Of a stretch of 64,000 bases of DNA, positions 52,701 to 64,000 are shown piece by piece. Each line of letters opens with the position of its first letter. Within the stretch, counting starts at the first letter, position 1. Below the pieces are notes generated by a model. It did not search any database. It saw nothing but the letters and a program-made list of their open reading frames with translations, and was not told the origin of the DNA. Both the position numbers and the translations under genes were made by a program. The DNA comes from Bugula neritina (lineage: Eukaryota > Animalia > Bryozoa): the NCBI GenBank assembly GCA_964035545.1, contig OZ037766.1:21068767-21132766 (forward strand), read 5' to 3'.

Positions 52701-52801
52701 TGGTGCACAGGCTGTTCTGTAGTCGGTACACTTCTAGCACCTTTCTTATAGCTGACTTCTAGCCCAGAGTCTTCATAGCTACCTTCACTGGGCTTCTGCA
52801 T
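36988..52801 (-). CDS. Patched-related (PTCHD3/Ptr-like) sterol-sensing-domain RND-family membrane protein, ~1063 aa
   Basis: 21 exons: 52801-52668, 52447-52325, 52170-52032, 51532-51425, 51202-51108, 50691-50421, 49827-49724, 49303-49183, 49025-48902, 48644-48472, 47947-47699, 47292-47118, 46008-45829, 45476-45349, 44797-44641, 44009-43891, 43061-42917, 39923-39802, 38729-38460, 38173-38023, 37091-36988. Phases are consistent and total 3192 nt. Motifs PFLLLGLGVDDMF, HAGVSITVTSVTD, GLAIDYSAH, GLFNGLGLLPVLLS. There is no NPC1 N-terminal domain. The terminal exons are less certain. Confidence 0.88.
38261..38410 (+). mobile_element. Partial copy of the 109-668 MITE
   Basis: aggtgccacccaagatagacgcttcccaattagacgctatttattt..gcaatttatttgaatattatt matches 110-270. 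Confidence 0.65.
39270..39692 (+). mobile_element. Second copy of the 46556-47041 MITE family
   Basis: Shares ctctgctgaaaaagtaccgagtttca..gttgaaatcatattga..aattgaatttctgactga..atcgtgaaggtataaac. Confidence 0.75.
43193..43392 (+). mobile_element. Older copy of the tRNA-derived SINE family seen at 24611-24822
   Basis: ggagcagctgtggtctagtagtaag..ggttcgaatccc..gccattgcaatgttaggaagg..tagcaactata..cgtga is co-linear with the 24611-24822 element. Confidence 0.75.
44057..44484. mobile_element. ~430-bp foldback palindrome (MITE) centred near 44268
   Basis: taatttagtacacactcaaaatctc..aaataatcaaggttcttt..gatttgcggaccgtcacgg is mirrored by cgtgactgtttgcaaatc..aaagaaccttgattattt..gagattttgagtgagtattaaatta. 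Confidence 0.8.
45488..45636. repeat. 39-bp minisatellite, ~4 copies, intronic next to an acceptor
   Basis: Unit atatcgtagtgaaagaacacccatgacaacacaacacat. Confidence 0.9.
46556..47041. mobile_element. MITE with ~30-bp TIRs
   Basis: Left aagcctaaagttgcgtttatacct pairs with right aggtataaacgcaacttaaaggctt. Confidence 0.8.
48155..48388. mobile_element. Half copy (central hairpin plus one arm) of the 44057-44484 foldback family
   Basis: cagaccgttacgaaaaaaccgtaacggtctg..gattttgagtgtgtactaaattaagtaaa. Confidence 0.72.
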
Positions 52802-54354
52802 TCCAAAGTGACTCTACAAAAAATAAAAAGACAAGCAACTCTAAATCAACAGTGATTCCTTGCCATTTTTTATTTAATTATTAATAAAAACACCCTGACT
52901 AACCCAATAAGATGGTAGATTTTGATACTTCGCCCTCAAAGTAAAATAAAACAAAATTCAAACAATGAATTAAAGTACTTCACTACAGTAGTATAAAATT
53001 AGTTTACATAAACATTGTTGAACAAGTGGTAGCTTGTGGTAGCTTCAAGTTACCTTGAAACCAACTTACAGACATTTAAAATAACTTAATCGGCATTGTG
53101 AAGTCAATGGCATTATCAAGGAACTATGGCATAACACTTTTAGTTTTGTTACCATACTATAAAATAAAAACTAATGCTTAGAAATTGCTAGTCGATTCAT
53201 CTAACTTTAGGTCATTAGGTATTTTCCTTGTGAAAAGCATGCTAAAAATGTTCTTATGCCGAAAATAAGCATTGGGTTGTATTTTCAAAACTACATCTAG
53301 TGAAGGAAAATATAGCAATGAGTACTAAAATGTCAATGTTAACCAAAGAGCACCTTTTCACTTGCTGAATTAGATTGCTATTTCTTACTGAGTCAGTGAT
53401 AACCAAATTTGTGCATTACAGAATCTAACTTTGGCATTTACATCAAAAAGAAACTGTTTAATATTATTTTTGATGGGAAAGCATATGTTATCAACACATT
53501 ATAAATAATACAAAAATATTCCAGTAATACTTTTTATTGCAACATAATTTTGCATACCACGAGTAAGTCCCAAACGTTTATAGATACATATTACAAGCTT
53601 ATAAAGAAGAATTAACTTCAATGTCAGTGATAGTGCCTAGTTATACCTAAATTCATCATCACGGTGCAGCTACTAAAACAAAAAACCTTAAATCTGCTAT
53701 TTTTAACATGAAATAATTATTTGATCACTGCTGCACTAATTCTTATTAATTAAAATAATAATGGTCAAATGTACCATTTACTGACTTAACTGGTTTTGAT
53801 ATTAAATGACAAATCCAACATTAATACTACTGTAATCTAATCATAAATATAAAATATACAGTATATTTAGTCTTACACTTCCAGCAATATGAATATGAGT
53901 TTGATAGAATCAAACGATTTAGATTAACAAGCTATTGCTATTGATACTCATACTCATGTTGATATAAAATGGAGTTTACTCAGTCATTAAGGCTTTGAAT
54001 ATGAATAAGAGTGACTGTAACCCTAACTATCAATGTAACACTAGCTTCATTCTTATGCAGAAAGTCACTGAATCATTGAGTTATACTCATACTGATTGTG
54101 CATATCACTTATCACAGACATATGTCTATAAACATATATATTAATTTATTATTATTGCATATATAAATTTATTAAATTCAATACATCAAGTCCAATTGAA
54201 AATTAATACCAGCAGGCAGTATTACTATAACTATTAGATTATCATTAAGTGTGATATATAATTAATATTATACCTTGATATATATATATATTATTGATCA
54301 ATGATAAGGTACTTTTTGTGTCTTAGGCTTATAACTAAAAGTAAATAAGCTAGT

Positions 54355-54462
54355 ACTCTAGAGTCTAGTACTAGCACTATTACTATACTACGAGTAGCAG
54401 TACTACTACTAGTAGTAGTGGTAGTGGTAGTAGTACTAGTACTAGTCTAGTAGTAGTAGTAC

Positions 54463-54498
<36 letters not shown>

Positions 54499-54620
54499 CA
54501 GTAGTAGTAGTAGTAGTAGTACAGACTTAGTTTACTTTTAGTACTACTAGTACTACTACGTCTAGTATAAGTATTAGACCTAGGGCTAGTGAGAGTAATA
54601 CTAATAGTAATAGTAATAGT
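54355..54620. repeat. (TAG/CTA)n low-complexity microsatellite
   Basis: Seen directly in the sequence. Confidence 0.9.
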
Positions 54621-54689
54621 AAAACTAAATTAAAATCAAAATGCAAATGGTTTAGAGTTTAGACTAAAGACAAAGTCATAAACTTTTTC

Positions 54690-55100
54690 TGTCGTGTTAA
54701 ACTTGCAGTTGAATCGTCACCACCACAGTTGAAGCATAGAAATAATTATGAAGATACATAAACATTTATGATCATTGGACTTCGTGATTGGTATAGCTAC
54801 GAAATATCATTTTAACCTTTGCCCTTCACAAATCACAATTATTATTAGCTTGAAGACCATCATAAAATAATCATAACGATACGTTTTCATTGTTTAAAGG
54901 AATAGTGCGCATTAGTGCACGTAATTTTGCAAATAGTTTTGACATGTAAAGCTCAAAAGTTGTTTTTACGTGTAGCTTATGTTTTACAACCAACCAATAT
55001 CAGTCCCTGACCTTCAAGGTCAGCATCAATTGTCGCAATAAATTTAATCGTAATAACAACGGAAAATATAATGGTTCAACACATATGACTATGAGTTATG
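54690..55100. promoter_or_regulatory. Candidate bidirectional promoter region between the Patched-related and MCTP-like genes
   Basis: Local rise in CpG and oppositely oriented CCAAT motifs (gattgg ~54786, ccaat ~54995). Both first coding exons are preceded by splice acceptors, implying upstream non-coding exons. Confidence 0.3.
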
Positions 55101-55673
55101 ACAAGTTTATAAGTATATTTTTATAAGTTATATCGTATTCAAATTTACATTTCGGTCAAGACCGAAACTTTTATGAGTTTTAATTTTAAATGTTTTGTTG
55201 TAACACATTTTGCTCTAGCCTTAGCCTGAGCACCTCGAAAGTTTATTGAATTTAATGATTATAATTATTAATTTATTATTTATTAAATTTAATATAAATA
55301 TTATTATTACTTATTCGTTAAATATTAGTATTAATAAGATTATGAATATCAATGTCATAATTTAATCTTATATTTATAATTATAATAATGATTATTATTA
55401 TAATATAATTCGTATACATTATGATTAACTTATAGTTATAGTTATACTATAGTTGTAAACTATCAGTGTCACTTTGTAACTGTTCATAACTTATCACTGT
55501 TTACCTTTAACGTATACTTATACTACGTAATTTCATATTATTTTAACTCACCTCGTAAAAATTTATGTTGTTTTTGTTTGGGTTTATCATTATCATATGT
55601 TGAAATGTATCTATTCTAGCATGTAGCTAAGTTTGGATATTTTAATTGTAATGTAATAGGTTTTAGCACATAG

Positions 55674-56357
55674 CTAAGCTGAGTTTGTGTTATGAGGTGT
55701 TATCCTCAATTCTCTAATGCTTCGAGGGAGAAAGTTGTTGTGAGAGGTCTGTGAGGATGCAGAAATAGAAGTTGGTTCTCCTCTCTTAGCAGATTGAGTG
55801 TTTATTGACCGATTTAAATAGTTCAATAGTTCATCATAAGCAGATAAAAGTGTTTCATGGCGCTCTTCGTCTGAGAGTATTCTCAATAATAAAGTTAATC
55901 TGCGGTCTCTTTGTCGGCCGGCAAGAGTTTTTAGCAGCAATTCAGTTCGAGCATCACTAATGCCACATCTTCCTTTGAGATTAGCAATAAACCTGATGGC
56001 TTGATTTTGAACATGTTCAATTTCCTCACAGGCACTTTTGTTAGTCGGATCCCACAATGTGTCTGCATACTCAAGGATAGGTCTACATAGACTAAGGTTA
56101 CATGCAATTAATTTTGCCTTCATGGGTGCATTGTAGATTGTATGCTTGATACAGCCAAGTATTTTGCTTGCATTGTTGACTTTAGATGTAATATGTCTGT
56201 CAAACTTTAGGTTAGACTGCATGATTACACCAAGATATTTGGCCCTTTTAACTGTTCTAAGAGTGGTGTCACCAAGTGAATATAGATGGGAGGTGTCATC
56301 AGTTTTACCAAATATAATCACTTCACACTTATCGGTATTAAATGGCATTTTCCATTT
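55674..56357 (-). mobile_element. 5'-truncated CR1/L2-like LINE, RT C-terminal fragment
   Basis: WKMPFNTDKCEVI..KYLGVIMQSNLKFDRHI..RPILEYADTLWDP..IEHVQNQAIRFI..NNFLPRSIRE. Confidence 0.85.
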
Positions 56358-58255
56358 AGGTTACCAGCTATAAAGTGAGCTTAGGTTTTCAAATTTAAAG
56401 TCAGTGTCCTTGTATTTGGCTATGTATCATATAATGGTATCTCTAGTTTATTAAACACTTATTTTTAAAGTACAACCAAATACAAATCTGAAATTTTCTT
56501 TATTATAAAGTGTCATTCTATCATAGTTGAGAGCATGGCTATTTTAACCATTGAAATTTTCATTTTTGAGTAAAATTTTCTTAGTATAATAAAAATTGTA
56601 TTTTCTGATTTTTTTTTATAAAAAGTAAGGTTTATTATATGTATTGAATTAAAACCTGTCTAAAAATAACTAAAAAAAGTCACTTGTAGAATTTTTGGTC
56701 TATAGAACTTAGCAGAGAGATTGTTAGTATTTCAGCATAGATTAGATTGAAAAGTGTAGTACCTATAGTATAGATTTAATTACATTTAGCTATTGAAATC
56801 ATTTGTTTCATTATTTTACAAGTATTTTGTGGTTTAGAGTGCAACTTTATTTATTGAGTTTTCAAACAACTCCAGTAATGAAAAGTATCAAATACTAAAA
56901 TACATAACATCAAATAGTGAATTTTATTTTACAAATTTTAACCTTTTTTTGTAAAAACCGTAAAATGTTTTGAAAAACTTGCCTAGCTATATTGTGTACC
57001 TTTACTGTGTCATTTTTGACACAGCATCAAACTCTCTTTTATCTCAAACATATTTTTTAATATAAATATTTTTGTATATGAAGTTGTCTTGCCTATATTT
57101 CCAGTTTAGATAAGGGTTTTAAAAATTCAACATAATGGTTTTTACAAAAATACTTGGTTGTTCAAAGGAGAGAATTTTACTTTCTTTGTTGTTTCATTTG
57201 TAACGTATGAAGTGTTGATGTTTGTTTTTTCTTTTACTGAGTTTATTTGGTTGGTTTAGGTGTGTGAATTTTTCAAAATTACTTATAAGTGCTTATAAAG
57301 TTAGAAACAGAGCACTTTCTGAAGCTGACAAATGATACATACATGTAGCTGTACCCCATTGTACTATAGCTGCCGTCAACCGTTAAACCCTATTCAATGA
57401 ATGATGACTACAATCCATGATTAATTTTAGGCCTAAATAAACTTGTTTCAAAATTGAATATAAACATTTCATAAAATAAACTGAGTAAAAATAAAAGCAA
57501 GCATGTCTAAGCAAAATGAATCAAGTTATGAGTAAGCTACTTTTTTAAAATGATTTTGGTCGATAGTTTTTGCAAAGTATCAAGTATAGAATTACGATAA
57601 GTTTTATTATGAAATTTATCATCTTTGTACCTAAATTAAAAAATTGTTGAGTAAATTAATTTTGAATAAAACTTGTAAAATATGATATCCAGTTACAAGG
57701 GCTAGCTTGTTATTTAGAAACCCCAGGTAAAACTGAAAAGTTCTGTTATTAGAATATAAATAATGAGGTTCTATTGTTACACCTCCGTTCTACTATGGTA
57801 AACTAAGCTACTGTTCTACAACTTTATAAACTAAAGATAGATTACTGTGTTAGGAATATATTACACTGTTTTTATCTCGCTGAGTAAAATAATTATTTGT
57901 GCAAATAACATCTCTGATAACCAACACTCTACTGTTCCAAGTATAAATATAGCATTCAGCTACAATTCTAGTAGTTCTGCACTGTTTAACATATTGATCT
58001 GCCATCAAACTGTTTAATACCCTTACATGAGATACATACATGTTTATATATTTGCTTTCAGAATAGTATTTGTAAAAATGTCAGTAATGCAGTAAGTAGC
58101 TTATTCAATAATTACACTTGGTATAACTGAAGTGGAGTGGGGTTGTTGAACACTGCTCACCTGTATTATGTTAGTTACACTGCCACACTGTGCCACCTAC
58201 TGTGACGGTTATTATTGTGTAGTAGTTCTCGCTTGTCTTTGTCCTGTAGCAAGAA

Positions 58256-61200
58256 ATGGATGAAGACAATGGTGGCATTTCTAGAGCCCCACCAACAGCA
58301 TCTCATTCAAATCCCCTGAAGAAGTTGAAAAAGAAGTTCAACAAGCTGAAACATGGCGGAGTAAGAGTCTATATCATCTGTTTATTATGGATCTGTGTGT
58401 TGATGCAGCCTGGCCACATTATATTATTATTTAGTTTTTGTGCTTAACAGTCAAGCTTCATCAGTTTTCTGGTGCTAAAGTTTTAAATAGATGTATATTT
58501 TTATTTTTTTAAACCTATTTTTTAAGCATGAAGTGTTTTAAATGGAGTATTTTAATTTTTAGTGCTTAATTTTACTTTGGCTGACAGGTTTCTTCATTTT
58601 GATGTACTAAACTTGTGCGGTTTACAAACCCTTACTTGGTTACTTTCACCTATTTTCCTGCTTTCACAGTTATTATATATGTTATAATAATACTACTCGC
58701 ACCTGGATGAAAGATGATGGTAGAAATTGTTATATTGATTGAGCAAGTTGAAGCTGTGTCACTGCTCTACAAGGTTTCTTATAAGCATTGTGAAACCTGT
58801 TGGTTAATTAATTATGCAGTTTTGCCAAGTCATGTCAATGATGGCTTCATATACACTAGACGTAAATGTGTTCTGTGACACGAAGCAACATGTGCTCTAC
58901 AGAGACAAACTACGGGTCATCTCTGATGGGTTATTTAAGCATGTAATGTCAGCATGATTTGTAATGCTACTGAAATGTCATTTCACTCTGTAACGCCTAC
59001 ATGCTATGAATAACACCATTAGATTGGCCTGTAATATATTTGCGTGTGTTTGTGCCACGCATACATGTGTGTGCGTGCTGGGTGTGTTTATCTATGTCAC
59101 CATGCAAAGATCGAAGATTTTATAGTTCAGTTGGTTTTGATTGAAGGGTTTGCATGATGACATACTGGCTAGGGTTGTCTGCTGTTTATTCTATTATGTC
59201 ACAGAGATAACTCCTCATCTAACTGTTGAAGGTTAGGAGTCGAAGCCTGAAATCCAAGTATGTAGAGGGGGAAGCAACTGTGAAGGCGGGCGGCAGTGTG
59301 CCCAGTATCACTAGCCTGGTCAGTAATGACCTGTCTAACACCACTACACCAACTAACTCTAGTATTGCTACAAATACTAATGCTGCTACTAACACCACCA
59401 GTCCTACTTCTAATACCAAATATTCACTGCTCCATCAAGTAAGGAAGTATTATGTTATGTTTCTTTTACTTTAACTTATAGGCTCAGTTACCACCATCTT
59501 ACAAATCATGGATGCACCATGGTCTGCGTTTTAAGTAGCATGACATGGACTTGACTACATCACCATTCTAAGTCATATTAATGAACACATGCAGATGCTA
59601 ATTATTAATAATTATTCTATAAGCTAGATTCGTTATTATATTTCAAAGTTGCCTTCTTTTAGAATCAATTTTTATCAATTCTATCAACCATGATTTCATG
59701 AATTTAAACACATTTAGACTTCTGCTGTGAATGTTGTGCTAGCAAATGTTACTGTTGTTTGTTCTGTTTTATGCAAAATGGGAAAATATGATACAATATA
59801 TTTTATTTTTTAAAAATGCTGGTTCTGTGAAGGATACAGATAGTAGTAATTGCCTTCCCACTCTGAGTGGTTTTTCAACAGTAATGAAATCCTGATAAAT
59901 ATAAAACTACTGTAATAAGATAGCCTTGCATTAAGCAAAATAAACCATCATCGGATCATAATTGTCAACACCATTAGACAGAAAAATTCTGTTGTCTTTT
60001 ATTATGATAATATTTTTATACTTTAATCAACTAATATTTAGTTCAAAAAATAATAACATAATTATTGCCATATCCTAATTTTGTCACTGCTTCAATGGTA
60101 AATTTTGTAACGTGTAGTGAGTTAGATCATTCACTGCTCTTTTAACATTAATTGGCAAAATTAGTTTGGCTGATAATTGCTATAAAACTTCACTTATTGT
60201 GTAGTAACCATTTCTTCATATATGACATGTCTAAGATTTTAGTATGACAATTCCAATCACCAATAATTATGAAGCATATGTCCAAATATTGTTGGTGTAT
60301 TTGCAGTGCACACTGCTGTGTTGGTTGAGGATAGGATGTTTAAACTACATGTAGATATTGTCATTGAATTCTATGCCATCATAGTGGTTACATTTTGCTA
60401 CATTCTATAGTGGTGACAGATGCAAATGAAGTCATCCTCATTAGTACTATATTGAAAGCCTTACAAGCTTCTGACGTCAATGCATTTCATATGAGTTACT
60501 AGTAATCTACTCTCACCTGTGCACTTCTGTGCTGTAGGATTCATTTCAAAGCACAGGCACGGCATCTAGTTTAATCACGAGAAACATGGTTGAGGGTCTT
60601 CACTCTTCTGTTGACCTGCTAGATGATACGATGTCAGACTCAGTGCACTTGTCGGATACAGAACCTGCTGTGCCCAAGGAAGATGTAAGAGAGGAGGGGT
60701 GGATCGATACAGCCTCTCTGAATATATCTGTAAGTTACAGGTTTTGGCTAGTATGGTGAATCAGATGGGTTTGGGTGAGCAAGATACTAATTTGTTTGCA
60801 TCCTCTAAGCTGTACAGCATGTGTTTTCATCAATTGAAAGGCTTCAAACATTGGCATGAGTTTTAGTTGAAACAGCATGACTATTCAGAGACCGTTATAT
60901 CTCCTGATATCACCAGTAGATTAAGAAGCATCCACTCTGCCTTCACTGTGTTTTCAAGCTATTATGCGAATGAATTTTTTATTCGGTGTTCTGAAACAGT
61001 TGCATCGAATGAAACTACAACCATAAGTTTATGCAAACTGCAACCACAAATTCATCCATATGAGCATCCATTCGAATAATGAGAAAGCCATCGAGACGAA
61101 GTGTCCAGCTATAAGACTGTATATATAAATTATTAATAAGGAATTATTTAAAGCAAGTCTTGAGAATAGTAAGCATGGGATTAATATACCAAACTCAGTT

Positions 61201-61798
61201 GTTATTTACAGAAAAATGAATCTTATTAGCAATATCTTGAATAATGACTGTACTACCAGTTAGGGCTTAGATTATAGTAGATAGAAAATTTGTGACAATA
61301 TTGCAACAAATTTTGAAATTGAAATTATGACAAGTATTCTATGCATTTTCCCAAGACCCAAGTTGTTAAAAGAAAGTAGTCCACACAAGGCATAAAAGTC
61401 CTAGCTAATTGCTCATACTAATCCTATATAATTATATTTGATTTTTCATCATCTCCCATATACTCTGTGATAATTGATAATTCCCTGCCAATACTGTATA
61501 TGCATCCACACATCTATGCCTGTATCTTGTATCTTTGTTGTATTAGTATCTGTATGTGTGCATACATATCACAAATTACTCAGCGTGAGTTGAGAGACAT
61601 ACTGTACATGGATAACTGTCTGCTGCCGAGTTATCTATAAATAGAATTATATTTGTTGCCTACTCTAGGAGGCAGCAGTCGAAGCTCCAATCAGCATATC
61701 CTCTAATATGAAGTTGGAACTCACAATAATCTCTGGGACGGACCTCTTATCCCGGGACAGAAATGGTACACATTAACTGCTCATTATATGCTAGTAAA

Positions 61799-61883
<85 letters not shown>

Positions 61884-62127
61884 GCTGCTGCTACTACTAC
61901 TACTACTACTACTACTGCTACTACTACTACCACTACTACTACTACCACCACTACTACTACTACCACCACTACTACTACCACCACTACTACTACCACCACT
62001 ACTACTACTACCACCACTACTACTACTACCACTACTACTACTACCACTACTACTACTACCACTACTACTACTACCACTACTACTACTACCACTACTACTA
62101 CTACCACTACTACTGCTACTGCTACTG

Positions 62128-62165
<38 letters not shown>

Positions 62166-63161
62166 ACTACTACTACTACTACTGCTACTACTACTACTAC
62201 TACTGCTACTACTACTACTACTACTGCTACTACTACTACTACTACTGCTACTACTACTACTACTACTGCTACTACTACAACTACTACTGCTACTACCGCT
62301 ACTACCGCTACTACCGCTACTACCGCTACTACTGCTACTACCACCACTACTACCGATACCGTTTTCTACTACCATTTCTATAACTAATACTATCACTATT
62401 ATTATCACTATTGATGCATTTGCGTTGACATTGAAAGCCATTGCCTAAATTTCTATCCAGGTTTAAGTGACCCATATGTTAAGGTCAAACTTCAGGATAA
62501 AACCATATATAGAACTAAAGTCATTGAAAAAACACTGACTCCAACTTGGGACGAGACGTTCATGCTGCACATAGACAGTCGGAATCAGTCGTTGGCTATA
62601 AAAGTATTTGACAGAGATAAGTTCTCTGGGGATGATTTTATGGGAATGGCTTTAATAGATCTGTCAGCTCTACAAACAGGCAGGTGAGTTCGGCTATTTA
62701 GTGTGTTTGTAGGGTATACTAGTTTATGGTTTTCAATGCACTTTTTGTTAGCTCTTGTGGTGAAATGACATTGTACCTAAGCACGCACACACACGCACAC
62801 ACACTCACCCGAGGGCATTGGACGCACAAATAGGCACGCAAAGAAACAAGCACACTCGCAAACTTCTTGTTATCTTAGCCATTATTGATTTTTCGAAAGA
62901 AGCAAACTGTTTTTATGAGAATAAAATATACTTAGCTATACCTATGCTGTTATATGGTTACATAAACAGCTGTTATTATTTTATTATATATTGCCAGACA
63001 TGTGTTTTTATAGGCCAACAGATCTGATGGTGGAGTTACTTCCAGACTCTTGTGATTTGGAGGAAGAATATGAAGAAAGGGGTCTCGGTGAGATACACAT
63101 GCGCTACTTGCTGCACGATGAAAGCAGCACAGTTGTATGTCCACCAATTCAGGAACCAAAG
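58256..63161 (+). CDS. MCTP: Multiple C2 and transmembrane domain protein (MCTP-like), 5' part through the first C2 domain; continues past the window
   Basis: Exons 58256-58360, 59232-59438, 60538-60729 (alternative donor after 60684), 61669-61765, 62461-62683 and 63014-63161. C2 domain LELTIISGTDLLSRDRNGLSDPYVKVK..KTLTPTWDETF..IKVFDRDKFSGDDFMGMALIDLSALQTGRPTD resembles MCTP C2A and keeps all five Ca-binding Asp. Confidence 0.8.
61799..62390. repeat. Compound trinucleotide microsatellite (CTA/CCA/CTG/CCG)n in an MCTP intron
   Basis: Seen directly in the sequence; lies between the donor at 61766 and the acceptor at 62460. Confidence 0.97.
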
Positions 63162-63437
63162 GTAAACAATGCTCTCTCTGTACCTGCAAATTTCTATTTT
63201 GAGCTATTAGGTAAAGCCACGTAATTTGTGGCTGCTTTTCTTTTTGAATAAAAATTGTGAACAACAAAAATTTGGTGTATTGCGTACTCATGTGCTTTTA
63301 AATATTCATTCATTATAATTAATAAATAGAAATTTGTTTTTTCTATTTAAATAGTTTTATGTTTATGGCAGATGAATAGTGTCTTAGACTTTGATACCTG
63401 CATCTGTACAAACATAGTCTTCTATTTTTCCAGATAA

Positions 63438-63869
63438 TAGACCCTTTTCAGAGGTCCCCCCCCCCCTTACAATTAAGAGTTGTGGTCTCCCAAAATGAAA
63501 TTTGTTGAGCAAAATAGACTTGAACTCATTTTCGTGGTTTTTGTTGCTGAGCAATGCTGAAGTGCCACTTCAGCACTGCTCAATAACCAAAACCACCAAA
63601 GTGCTTTCAAATTTATTTCTGTCAAAATTATCCGTGAAGAAATATTTTTAAAATCTTTTTTGAAATGCTAATATGTGTGCTTACACCAAAATATCCATAT
63701 CTCCTAAAATGACAATTCTAAAACATAAATAGAATTTTAAGTAGCAACCAAACTTTAAATTTTTTAATGGGTTTGCTTTTTATACAAAGATTCTTGAAAC
63801 CTATTCGCTTTGAGAGGACACAAATCTTAATTGTAAAGGGGCTATCAGGGACCTCTTAAAAGTGTTTAT
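63438..63869. mobile_element. MITE with ~65-bp imperfect TIRs and an internal palindrome
   Basis: tagacccttttcagaggtccc..ccttacaattaagagttgtgg pairs with cacaaatcttaattgtaaaggg..gggacctcttaaaagtgttta. Internal hairpin tgagcaatgctgaagtg/cacttcagcactgctca. Confidence 0.72.
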
Positions 63870-64000
63870 TGCATTATAGTATAGATATATTTTGTTTTGA
63901 CTTCATTCATGGTACTGTATTAATAATGTTACATGCACTTTAGCAGAAGCGTAAAAAGTTGAGAGTAAGTGTGTTTGAGTTATGCTCACTTACTTATGTT

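Noticed and set aside
38506-59419. Antisense ORFs overlapping real exons (e.g. 38506-38733, 43760-43999, 50389-50703, 56146-56373, 59219-59419)
   Set aside because: Shadow frames of the Patched-related, LINE and MCTP coding sequence
61763-62441. Poly-Y, poly-T, poly-V and poly-S ORFs (mucin-like appearance)
   Set aside because: Intronic trinucleotide repeat; the flanking exons join in frame to form the C2 domain

Overview
AT-rich, intron-containing animal (most likely invertebrate) genomic DNA. There are no rRNA, true tRNA or CRISPR features. Bases ~750-32600 hold a tandem cluster of eight secreted C-type-lectin-domain (CTLD) genes, here called CTL-A to CTL-H: A is cut by the window edge, G is a pseudogene, and the six others look intact. 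Gene models were built by hand from GT/AG sites, and several exons are missing from the ORF track. The genes share an exon architecture in which every intron is phase 1, and an unusual LxxLD[TNS]x5[WFG]F[KRS] signature. Their sugar/Ca-site motifs differ from gene to gene (EPN/WFD, QPM/FVA, EPN/WDD, RPR/WAE, KLL/WAE, RPV/WMD). CTL-D has a Ser/Thr- and sequon-rich stalk extended by a recent tandem exon duplication. A 21-coding-exon Patched-related (PTCHD3/Ptr-like, sterol-sensing domain) gene lies on the minus strand (36988-52801). It is head-to-head with the 5' part of an MCTP-like C2-domain gene on the plus strand (58256 onward). Interspersed elements: 5'-truncated RTE, R4/Dong-like and CR1/L2-like LINE fragments, tRNA-derived SINEs, several MITE/foldback elements and long microsatellites.
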